Of a stretch of 64,000 nucleotides of DNA, positions 1 to 11,316 are shown one piece after another. Position 1 is the stretch's first letter; each line of letters opens with the position of its first letter. The DNA comes from Anolis carolinensis. Its lineage: Eukaryota. The position numbers and the translations under genes are program-made. The stretch covers positions 225,773,326 through 225,837,325 of the forward strand of contig NC_085841.1 in the NCBI RefSeq assembly GCF_035594765.1, written 5' to 3'. The notes under the pieces are model-generated. The model was not told where the DNA came from and made no database searches. It saw nothing but the letters and a program-made list of their open reading frames with translations.

Positions 1-50
1 AAATAGCAACTGTTGGGAGTCTTCCATGTGTGGAAATTTACCCTCAATAC

Positions 51-184
51 CAGGGGTGGGCAGACTTCTGCCCTCCAGGTGTTTTGGAGTTCAACTCCCA
101 CAATTCTAACAGCCGGTAAGCTGGCTGGGATTCCTGGGAGCTGAAGTCCAAAGCACCTGGAGGGCTAAAGTTTGTCTATGCCTG
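51..184. mobile_element. hAT-type MITE (diverged) with palindromic interior
   Basis: Ends caggggtgggcagactt...aagtttgtctatgcctg; interior related to the SPIN-like MITEs; degenerate 8-bp TSD ctcaatac/ctctatat. Confidence 0.75.
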
Positions 185-1106
185 CTCTATATCAATTCCT
201 GGCAGGTGGGGAGCATTAAGGTACAAGAGCACAGCAAAAACCTAGTGGGCTTCATGTTGCTCATGGCCCTGACTCAATGTGCTTTGGCCATAACCTTATC
301 CAATTCAGCACTATTCCTAGCCAATACAGCACAACTCAATAAAATATTTTCCTTGATCCATTCTAAAACATCTGCATCACCAGTAGGCAATACTAAGCGT
401 TATCTATAGTCTATAGTTTATATCTATAGCATAAATCCGTTCTCATTTTACTTTATTGCATATCAAGTTCTTCACAGAAAGCCGATCCAGCAATATTCAC
501 TGTGGCTACATTAAAGTCACCATTATTAAATACATGCATAATTCATGTCTAACAAAGCAAATACGAAAAACAAAGCTAAACAGTTCAATATGAAGAGGAT
601 AAAAGGCAGGTTGAAAACTGTTTTTGTAAGCATAGGGAAATATTTAATTCACTAACAAAATCATTTATTTTTCTTTATTTTCTCAAATACCCCCTGCACT
701 TGTCTTCCTTTAGCACAGTTTTTTCTTAGCGTAACTTTTGTTCTCAGATCCTTGATCAACATGAGAAGGATAAGGAGGGAGAAATTTTCAGAGATGGTTT
801 TATATGAGAGACTTCAAAACTGAAAACAAATGAACAGATAAAGGATACAACATCTGGTGCCAGACACTGCTCATATTTCTCCTCCATATCCCTTCCAGAC
901 AATAATACAGCCACTTTTATTTTTATTGGTTGGCATACAAAAAGTTCACCATGAAATGTTTCAGAGATATTAGTGGATGCAGGATGCGGTTAAGGATGAT
1001 AAAATGCCATCCAAAATTGTGTGTGTAAAAATCCCTAAGAAAATATTAAAACTGCATAGCCATTTCTTATTAGGCATGGAACACTGAACAATAAATAAAT
1101 TTCTAC

Positions 1107-1321
1107 CTGAAAATTCTGGAAGAGACAAGCCATAGGGTTTGGGTTGTTAGGTGGTCCAGGAATGGGAGGCTGTCCTTGAAAACCCTGAAGATTCTGGTAG
1201 CCTTGGAGAAGTTGCTGTTGCTGCTGCTGATTTGATGGAAACATTTGATTGTTGTTGAACAGGGACTGCAGGTGAGTGAGCTGATGGTTATTAAGCGTAG
1301 TGTTTATTGAAGACATGTCAC
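1107..1321 (-). CDS. MBD5: MBD5 coding exon: (G)[20 protein letters not shown]...[11 protein letters not shown]; gene continues beyond the window start
   Basis: ORF 1035-1382; acceptor ttgcag|GT, donor CAG|gtagaa; 215 nt, phase 1 to 0. Confidence 0.95.
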
Positions 1322-2133
1322 CTGCAATTCCAAACACATTGAGATTAGTCAGCAATTTCCTCAGTTTTCCTTCTTGCACCATGTTTTACCCTCTAGTGAC
1401 AAAGAATAAAACTACTTTTTACCTATTCTATATGGAACTGGTCCTCCGAGATTTATACCACAAAGGATGGATTACTTTTGCAACTACAGTATTACATTTA
1501 CTAAAACTTGGTCTTAAAACTGTGGAAGCCATCTCCCAAGGAATTATATATATTATAATATGGCTAATGCTATCTAGTTCTTTGAAATTCATTCTGAAAC
1601 TTGTTCCTCAAGCTATCAATTGCTTTCACATTTCTTAAAGAAGTGGTATATTCCATTTTACCTTTTAAGAGCTATTAATATACTGTTTGTTAATCATCAG
1701 TTTTTGTTCAGTACTATCTTTAAATACTACTGTTATCAAAAAGCAACCATACTAAGAAATCAAATTATACATTTTAAAGAGTAATCACAACAATATTTCT
1801 GCTAGGTATTTGTGAATTAACTGAATTTTCCACATGAAACAGTCTATTAAGTTACAGTAGAAGTCGCCATTTCAGACATTCTTAGTTGATACAAACCAAG
1901 TTATTTTTGTAACTGGAATTTAAAGAGCCTCGTCCTTCTTTTGTATTTGTACTGGGGACTGTGTAGTTTCATGTTCCGTATGCAATAGTTTGTGCTACAC
2001 AAATTTGGGCTATATAACAGAAAAAAGCTTTGACAATACTGTATTTGACAACAGAATTACCCCGGAGGACCTACAAATACCTAGGGATCTCCAGGTCCTC
2101 CAGCACACCTCTTGACCACAGGAGGATCTAAAG

Positions 2134-2268
2134 CAGTGGTTCTCAACCTGTGGGTCCCCAGGTGTTTTGGCCTATAACTCCCAGAAATCCCAGCCAGTTT
2201 ACCAGCTATTAAGATTTCTAGGAGTTGAAGGCCAAAACATCTGGTGACCCACAGGTTGAGAATCACTG
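2134..2268. mobile_element. SPIN-like (Buster-family hAT) non-autonomous MITE
   Basis: TIRs CAGTGGTTCTCAACCTGTGGGTC...GACCCACAGGTTGAGAATCACTG; perfect 8-bp TSD atctaaag (2126-2133 and 2269-2276). Confidence 0.92.
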
Positions 2269-2287
2269 ATCTAAAGAATCCTAGAGA

Positions 2288-2619
2288 TAATCACAAATTG
2301 TGAAGAGAGATTAGGTAAAGAAGGAGAACATCAAGGATACATCCGAAGAAGAGATTGGAAGTCAACAAATACCCTTGTTTGTGTGATTCCTCATGTTTTC
2401 TCTATTTTTCTTTTTTTGTCTTCCCTTCCCCCCTTCCCCCTTTTTCTTTTCTTTATGCTTTTATTCCTATTATCCTGAAATCGAATTTTTCCACCAATTT
2501 CGATGTAAAAGAAAAACCAGCACATTAATAAGTGCTGGTTTTCCTTTTATTAATATTAATATTTTTGTGTCTTCTTTTCTTCCTTTCTTTTATTTTATTC
2601 CCAATAAAAATGACTAAAA
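2288..2619 (+). mobile_element. 5'-truncated L1-type 3'UTR fragment
   Basis: 15-bp TSD aaagaatcctagaga (2273-2287 and 2620-2634), AATAAA near 2603, short A tail, GGAAGTCAA motif shared with the L1 at 45.3 kb. Confidence 0.7.
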
Positions 2620-3575
2620 AAAGAATCCTAGAGAGAATATATTAATCAAATCAGCAAATAATCAAATCTGCAAAAGTGAAACCCACAAATGTGGAGGGTC
2701 ACCTGTATTTTTAATCAATGTTTTATTAAGAGCAATTCACTAAGTTCAACACAGACGCAGGTACTTTGTCAAATTCACATAGCAAACACTAGGATATGGC
2801 AATCTTGGGCCCATTTTACAACTTAAAACTACTATAGTACATTCATGTTCCCTAACGACAGAATTTCCGATAAGTGTGACAATCGAAGTTCTGGACAAGG
2901 ACAATGCTACCGTATAGAAATCTTGCACATGCTCTCACTGCAGTTATGGTCCATTGAGTTCAAAGGTGTCTACTGTGAAATACGTGCATACATTTTTGCA
3001 ATATCTGTAAGTAAATGTTTTTAAAGTTGCTGAGAAACTGGAAATCTACAAGCAAGCAACCCAAGAAGTATGAGGAACATCTATGTAAAGTAGCCGAAAT
3101 TACCTTCAATCTGTGCTTGAACTCCTTTATGCACTGCTTTATTACAACCTCAGGGAAGGATACACCAGCATATTTTTGATTCTGATGGACTTGGAAGCTT
3201 TTCATCTATTGCACAGCTACTCATACTAACCCTGTGATGCCTTGGATATTTTATATAAACTGAGGCATTTCGAAGATGCATCTGTGCATGAGATTTGAAA
3301 ATTGTAAAAGCCATTCCAAAAGACTGAGTCAATTTAGATGCCCTCAGATGTCCTAAACAATAGGGTTTAAATGTAAATATTCTACCCCCTCAATTTTATT
3401 TGTAATCGTTCACTGGAATGGTTAAACAAGTTAGCATAGCATAAACCTTTTAGAAAAAAGTGAAATGAAAACTGAGTTTTTTTTAAATTTTAAAAAAGGT
3501 AGAAAATAGAAGTTCCCATCCCACCACCATTTCTTTTTTGTTTTGTTTTAAAATCTGTGAAAAGATTTAACTTAC

Positions 3576-4607
3576 CAAGTAGACCTGTCCCCAGTAGAGG
3601 GTTAAGTAGCTGTGGCACCACAGAGTTATTGTTGAGTTTAGCTGGACCAGATGTGCTCCCAGCACTATTAGATATGCTCAGCAATGTTTCTGCCATTGAC
3701 ATCACTGCTGTCCCACCAAGTGTTGAGACAGACAGTGCTGCCACTGTGGATGATGTAGTGGCTGTGGTAGTGGTAGCCTGGGAGGAGGTTGCTACTGAAA
3801 CCTCTGGATGGTTAGCAGTGCTGCCCGATGTAGAGTTCAAAACACCTCCCAACAGCTGGGGATTCAAGGCCATTAGTCCTGAGGCCCCAGGGATAGCTGG
3901 GAGGAACAGGGGGTTTGAAGCCGTGTCTGTGCCTGAAAAGTTTGGGAAAGGGTTTCCCAGGGGGTTGGTTAACAGGGTCTCAGCTCTGTTGGTATCGGAC
4001 TGACTGCTAAGCAAGTGATCGGATGGTGGGGCGGTCATCTGTGACCCTGTGGGCACAGGGTTGTTTTGCGGTTGCGGTAACAGATCTGAGATGGACAGAT
4101 TGAAAGGTGCTAAGGGGAACATGGCTGCTGTTTGGGCTTGGTTCTGGAGAAGAGCTGCTAGCAGCTGAACATGAACAGGTTGCAGCACCTGCCCATCCAC
4201 ATCACCGGAGAGCAAAGCTAAAGCAGCATTTACATTTGGGTTGAGAGAACCTAAAGGATTGAGGTTGACCTCAGACTTGCCTTCTCCTGTTGAAGGCTGC
4301 AGTATATTTAATAGATTCTGGTTTAGGATGTGCTGCTGATTCACTGGCAAAGAGATAGGTAGCGAACTAAAGAGGTTTGGATTCAAAGAGTGCTGAAGAT
4401 TGTTGTTTGAAGTGCTGTTCTGTGGAAAATGTAGGGCATGTTCATGACCAACGAAAGAAAAGTCATTCCCAAGAGGGAGCTGACTATGTAGTGGGTTTCC
4501 AGCTGCAGTTGTGACTATGACTCCATCTTGCAGAAGAGACGTTGTCTTGGTGATGGCAGGCTGACTGGTGCCAGCTATAGCAGTGGATGATGGTGGTCCT
4601 GCCCTTC
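3576..4607 (-). CDS. MBD5: MBD5 coding exon, long form (1032 nt); short form ends at internal GC donor 4281 (327 nt)
   Basis: ORF 3490-4632; acceptor tttgcag|GA, distal donor CTT G|gtaagt at 3575, internal donor GAA G|gcaagt at 4280; [24 protein letters not shown] matches MBD5. Confidence 0.95.
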
Positions 4608-6939
4608 CTGCAAATAAAAATAGCTGTGTCAATAAGAGTAATACACACTGAACATGCTGTTCATACCATTGGGAAGAAGCCTGATAGAAGAGGCATTACT
4701 TGAAAACATATGTTGCCTTTTAAATTACTGTATAGCAATATTACTTACCTTAGAGAAAAGCTACTCAAATCAGTGGTCATCTCCAGGAAAAATTAACAAT
4801 TGTTTCCAGCAGCCACAAATTTAGTCTGAGAAGTACTTTCCTAGAATGCCCCAAAATGCATGTAGAAACAGAAAATCCATCAAACTCAAACACAATCTTC
4901 TTCAAAAGATAACCACTGAATGGGCATTCTGCTTTGCTGTCAAGGGGGCTGATATTTAAGCTACTTATTAATTGCTATAAGAGCAGGAATTGATAATGAT
5001 TTCAAAGGGAATGATGAGAAATATGAGAAAAGGCGTATAGTTAATATTTTATATCATGACATTATTTAAGAAAGCAACTCCAACAAGTCATTGTATTTCT
5101 TCTTGGGCATACAGTATATACAGCGATGGGATATGTGGAATGTGTAAATAGTATGGAAAGATAAGAGAGATTATAAGAGTAAATAAATTCTTTTCTCAAG
5201 ACTGCCACCAAGTGGCTTGATTTACATGGAAAGTAATGAATTATCAGAGGGCAGAACATGAATGAGTGTGTGAGATTCCATCTTTATCTTCACCTTTTTT
5301 GGGAAGGCACACATTACTTCTTTTGCTTAAGGATATCCAGAGGGCTTCACGGATGACCTCAAGCTTGGCTACATTTAAATCAAGCTAGAAATCACCTATG
5401 CAAAATTACTCTGCTTCATACACACAGATTTCTGCTGGCAGATAGACACTACTTACATAGTCACTTCTTTCACTTCCTTGACACCTAAAGAATGTTCCTA
5501 AACATTTTCTTTTTCAATGTTTTCATATTTGATTTATAAGCCCTGAAGTCTGAAAATATGTGTTTTTCTACATCTCCTTGATTGATAGGTACTTTCATTT
5601 GAGGTAATGTAAATAGCATGCAAACTAAGTGTTGTTTGTTGAGCCAGGGGATGCTGCTCCTAAAACAGAGAGCTTTGAAGAGCATTTCTGTGTGTTAACG
5701 TAGCAGAACAGGGCAATTTCCGTAGATAAAAATGTAAATATAGAAAGTGGAGGTTAATTTGATGTCAGCAATGCATTATTTTATTTTTCTAATAAGAGCT
5801 GGCAAACTGCTGAGCAAAGAAAGCATCAATCACAGTTTTGTGCTTCTTCACAATCAGTGCGAAACTGCACTGGGTAGATGAAGCTGAAGTACACACTAAA
5901 TTCAGTCCTCTCTATTATTACAACAACTCCAAATCGAACCTAATGCAAAGATGCTTCATCTTCAATTAAGCCTAATATGAGAAATCTGTAAGGTTGATGT
6001 AATCCAATGGACAGCTTAGAAACACAGGGCACATACATACATTTTGAGTTGGCATAGGAAAATGTGGGTAGAATACACAGAAGCCTTATATTCATTCTAT
6101 ACCACTCTATTTCTATCCCCTCTTTCTCTTAAAATTAAAACTTAAAGCAGCTAACAGTATCAAAGAGCCACTAAAGTTAAGAGGAAAATGCATAAACTAA
6201 TTGGATCTTGCTGGCTCAAGTCTACTAGTTGATATTTCTTTAGCCTTTATAAATACCAGAAGAAAGCCACTTTTAGCATCGGACTTTCCTTCTCAACCAA
6301 AGCTCAGTGGCCAAGATGTACCTAAGTTATTTATCTCTCCTCTGAAAGCGTGGAAGAAGTTATTGTGCTCAGGTCAAACTAAAATGGAAACGATATTTGG
6401 GAAATCTGACTCAAAACACGATAACACAGAACTAAACTCAGTTCTAAGTCTGAATGAACATCACAAAAAGTAAAACATACCTACAAAATTAAACATTCCA
6501 GACTGATTGTCTAATTACTGCTTTCCAAAGCAAACAAGACAAAAGATTTGATCAGATGGCAGTGGCAGCAACTACTTACTGAAAGAAGAACGATGTAAAT
6601 CAAGCTCAATAATATCAGTGACATCAAGCCATTCAACCATTAATATTTATTGATTGGAAATATTTCTATCATGAATATTTTATTCCTACATCCTCAAAGG
6701 GACTTATCACAGATTATGACAATTTAATCATACAAGGAAATGTATCGTATGTTGATGGCAAGATGTCCAAAAGATATGTTGGAAAAGATACGTTAGTCGT
6801 ATTATACATAAGAAAAACATCCAAAGTCCATATTAAGCAACTAAAATGTGTGTAAGCTTTCAGTATCTTAAGATCTTTATCAGGCAAAGTGTTGCAAAAG
6901 CAGATGGGGAAAGAAAACAAATCTGTTTCGATGTTGAAG

Positions 6940-9250
6940 TTTTGCTTGTCTGCATGCCTGAGATGGAATGAGACAGGAGAGGTTTGGAAGAGAATGGGTT
7001 TCCAGCAAGTGGTGTGATGGTATTAGGTTTCAGCTATAGTAATCCTTAGGAATGCTGGATAAGGTGTGATATCAATGCTTTATATCAGTTCACTTGCCAA
7101 TACTCCTGATTTTATAGTGTACACAGGACACAGAATTCCCTGAGGAAATATGCTACACCGCCGTAACTTGATTTCTCATATGATGGTGCAACGTGGCTCC
7201 TGGATAGCAGGACACCTTGGACGGCTGGAGAAAACACAATATTAATGTTTGTAGCTACCCTCTTGCATGAATAAGGTTTTCCTCTGTCTTTGCGGCATTC
7301 CTACTGGTATCAGTTCTCCTTATTCAGGACATTCTGATTTGGGGGAACAGGCAAGCAAGCTCTAAAATGCTTTTATATAGCTCAGATGAAAAAAAAATGT
7401 TTTTCATAAACTTTACACTTGGCTTATTGGTAATTTAAACACTAATATTAGGGTGATGCTATTATTAAGGCAGTGACAAAAAGCTTGGCTAAGAAGGCTA
7501 GGAAAATGGTTATGGTCTTTTTAAATGAAGTGCAAAGATATTTACTGAAGAACATTCTTCTGAATCCCACTGTACTTAATAATTTCAAGTTTCAATGGTC
7601 TATTTCTGGGAAAGGTGCTTGGATACATGGTGGTGAGTCAGCAGAGATTCTTGGACAGATATAGCTTTTAATAAACCTGGTAGACTATATATCTGTTACT
7701 AGTTAGGAACAGATATAAATTGGTTTTGTGGGCCATATCAGTGGCATCTTGGTCATCCCTTGAGACTATCAGGAAACAATAGTTCCCAGAGTTCCTTAGG
7801 AAAAAAGAAATATCTGTTAAGCCAATTTAAACATTTCTTTATAAGGGACTCTTTTTACTCTGTTTTTGTGAGGGGCTAGGGATCTTCAACACTATTCTCT
7901 TAACCTTCAGCAGATTTGAGTCCATAGGAGACTAAGGAGAAAGTATGACAGTGTGTGTGATATTAATACAGACACTTAAAATTAGTATGTTTATAAAGTT
8001 TGCAGAATGTTCCTGTTTCACTAATTTCATCATGGAAACGTAACGTCAGTGTATGACTAGAAGCTAACTAAAGTACTACTTGTCCAATTAGATTGCTATC
8101 CTGATTAGTGTCCTGCCAATGGATATACTAAATAACAAAACAAGTCTAAGAGCCCTTCCACACAGCTGTATAATCCAGAATATCAAGGCAGACAATCCAC
8201 AATATCTGCTTTGAATTGAATTAGAGTTCACACTGTCATCATCCAGTTCAATGTGGATTTTATACAGCTGTGTGGAAGGGGCCTCTGAGTTAATTGGAAT
8301 ACAACAAAGGAAGGGAAACTCTTGGGTTTTACAGGAAAAAACATTGAGCTACTGTCCATCCAAGTTGCTCTCATATCTCATCAAAATGTTGGGAGCAAGG
8401 AGCAGCCAGAAGTTTCAGAATCCATGGTTGGAATTAGGCTTGCTTTTCTTAATTCTGGACCTAAAATACGAATAACTACTACAGCTGCACTAATTTGTTT
8501 AGAAATTCTACTCTTTAAAGTCCATTAAACAACAAAGAAGAATGAAGAGTTGGCATGTCTGTCCTATCCAGATCAGAAAAGACAACAGCTGGTTCATCAC
8601 CATAAGCATAAGATAAGATGGGATTCTCAAATAATTTCTTATGGTGCTTGGTCAAACTTGGACTTGAAAGAGCATTTGTGCCAAGGCACACTTGAACCCT
8701 GAAGGGCTCTCTTGGGAAAAGGAAGAACATTTTATTGATTAGCCCTTAGGCCGTATCAAAGTCTTGGGGAAAGGATTGTAAGTATCTGATCGTACACTCT
8801 TAAGATAGGCCAACAAGGAAGGGATTAGATCTACTAACAGTACTGACATCTTGAAGAAAAATTTAGGAATTTTCCTACCAACAAGAATTGTCCAATCTAC
8901 CCTTTTCAGGAGAAGTTCACACATACTCACCAAAAATTAGGCATTACTGTGGTAGGAAACAGATTTAGGGAAGTTTCAAACTGTCCCTAAGATTTGTCAA
9001 GGGGAGAATAGGACTCTAAATCCAATCTGATCTTGTCAGCGGACTACTACTGCAACAAAATTGTCTTTGTTTTCTCTCTGTTCCACCACAATGCAACTGG
9101 AAGGTTTACCAGTCTTCTGGGATAAACTTTTATGGGGCTATACCCTCCAAATTCTGCGGATAGACAATTGCATTATAGGAAACACCTTTTGGGATCATGG
9201 CCCTATTATTCAAGCTAGTTCTGACATTCTCTTGCTTTGCTATTCTGGTT
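6940..9250 (-). mobile_element. Highly decayed LINE reverse-transcriptase relic
   Basis: Minus-strand remnants resembling GVxQGCxLAP (~8680-8710) and YADD (YAYGDE, ~8600-8615); family and boundaries uncertain. Confidence 0.3.
8150..8285. mobile_element. Palindromic MITE, probably PIF/Harbinger-type
   Basis: TIRs gcccttccacacagctgtata...tatacagctgtgtggaagggg; the same family appears as cargo in the Helitrons at 11340-11560 and 49960-50250. Confidence 0.6.
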
Positions 9251-9920
9251 AATTTAAATAGCTGAAAAGAACAAGAAGTTTTGTTCAGCAAAAGTCAGTT
9301 TTTGATTGGTAATCTTGGAAGAAAATGCTTTTACAGAGTAAATTAAAAATAAAAATCTCATTGAGGCATATTAACGATTATCACCTTCCCTAATAATGTT
9401 TTTAAAAGATATTCATAGGAAAGGTAACTTTGTTCATATACAGATATTCTGTACTCATATGTCAAACATATTATGTTTTTGTTGTTGTTGTTGTTGTGTG
9501 ACTTTAAGTCATTTCTGGCTTAAGGCGGCCCTAAGTGGGTTTTCTTAGTAATATTTGTTGGGAGGTTTGCTACTGCCTTCTTCTGAGGCTGGAAGACTAT
9601 GACTTGCATAAGGTCACACAATTGGTTTCCATGGCCAAGTGAAAATTCAAGAAATTACATCATGCTGGCTTCCATATTACTATGACTTTTCGAGTGTTTC
9701 TATTAAAATGTTAATAGCCGAGTATACTGAATACATGCTGTGGAAAGTTTTGTGATTCTTATAAGTCCATAAATAAAATTATCAGCAAGATAAAAAATAA
9801 GTAGTCTAGTTGCAGTGAAATAAATATTTTATGAGTTACTAGCTGTGCCCAGCCACACGTTGCTGTGGTGAAGTATGGTGGTATGGGAAATAAAGTATTG
9901 AGGAATTGGTGGTAGTTAAG

Positions 9921-10248
9921 ATAAAGGGTAAAGGTTTTCCCCTGACATTAAGTCCAGTCGTGTCTGACTCTGGGGGTTGGTGCTCATCTCCATTTCTAAG
10001 CCGAGGAGCTGGCGTTGTCCGTAGACTCCTCCAAGGTCATGTGGCTGGCATGACTGCATAGAGCACTGTTACCTTCCCGCCGGAGCAGTACTTATTCATC
10101 TACTCTCATTTGCATGTTTTTGAACTTTAGGGTTGGCAGAAGCTGGGGCTAACAGTGAGGGCTCTCTCTGCTCCCCCAATTCAAACCTGCGACCTTTCGG
10201 TCCAGAAGTTCAGCAGCTCAGCGCTTTAACACACTGCGCCACCAGGGG
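9921..10248 (-). mobile_element. Sauria SINE inside the Helitron
   Basis: (ggtaaa) tail and body similar to the copy at 32120-32439. Confidence 0.85.
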
Positions 10249-10973
10249 ATATTATTTCGTAAAGGTTGTGAATATACAATATTTCTGCTTGGTTTTTTTT
10301 GTTTGTTGGAGGCAAGTATGAATGCTGCAATTAGGCAAAATGAGTAGCATGTAATGGTCTTGTAGCTTTAAAGCCTGGCTGCTTCCTCCCTGAGTGAATT
10401 TTTTTGTTGGGAGGTGTTAGCTGGTCCTGATTGTTTCCTGTCTGGAAATCCCTTGTTTTGAGAGTGGTGTTCTTTGTGATATTTTATGTGCTTGTACTGT
10501 CTGTGGCCTTCAGAAAACAGAGGATTTGCCAAACTTTGGTGATGGGAATACTTTGTTGGGAGGTGTTAGCGGGCCTTAATTGTTTCTTGTGTGGAACTGC
10601 CCTGTTTTCAGAGTGTTGTTCTTTATTTAGTGTTGTGATTTTAGAGATTGTATTGTTCTGTTTATTTTTATATATTCTGATTTTAGTGTTTTTGAATAGT
10701 TGGAGCCAGATTGTATTCATTTTCACGGTTCACAGCAACACAATAACAACAACAACAACAACAACAACAACTTTGGTAATACACGCTGCATTGCTCCCTT
10801 CTCAGCTTCCTTTCTGGAAGAATCCTTTCTTGGGAGGTGTTAGCTGGCCCTGACTGTTTCCTTTCCGGAATTCCCAATTTCCCTGGTTTCAGAGTGTTGC
10901 TCTTTATTTACTGTCCTGGTTTTAGAGATTATATTGTTCTGTATTATTCTACCACAGTAATTATTTGATATTA

Positions 10974-11316
10974 CAGTAGAATCTCACTTATCCAACATTC
11001 GCTTATCCAGTGTTCTGGATTATCCAACGCAGTCTGCCTTTAAGTAGTCAATGTTTTTGTAGTCAGTGTTTTAAATTCACTGTGATACTTTGGTGGTAAA
11101 TTTGTAAATACAGTAATTACTACATAGCATTACTGCGCATGGAACTACTTTTTCTGTCAAATTTGTTGTATAACATGATATTTTGGTGCTTAATTTGTAT
11201 AATGATTACCTAATTTGATGTTTAATCGGCTTTTCCTGAATCCCTTCTTATTATCCAACATATTCACTTATCCAATGTTCTGCCGGCCTGTTTATGTTGG
11301 ATAAGTGAGACTACTG
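10974..11316. mobile_element. Tc1/mariner-pogo MITE inside the Helitron
   Basis: TIR CAGTAGA(G)TCTCACTTATCCAA with TA flanks. Confidence 0.85.

Larger units (their letters stand above)
2040..2707. mobile_element. Older Tigger/pogo-like DNA transposon relic hosting the hAT MITE and L1 fragment
   Basis: Ends ...cacaaatgtggagggtcacctg|ta; interior phrases (ctacaaat, aggtcctc) recur in the relic at ~55980-56170; boundaries approximate. Confidence 0.5.

Noticed and set aside
3557-4003. 148-aa plus-strand ORF antisense to the MBD5 exon extension
   Set aside because: GTG start, no recognisable motifs; typical shadow ORF opposite a coding frame.
10431-10877. Hydrophobic, poly-Thr and poly-Cys ORFs
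   Set aside because: Derived from Helitron cargo and an (ACA)n repeat.
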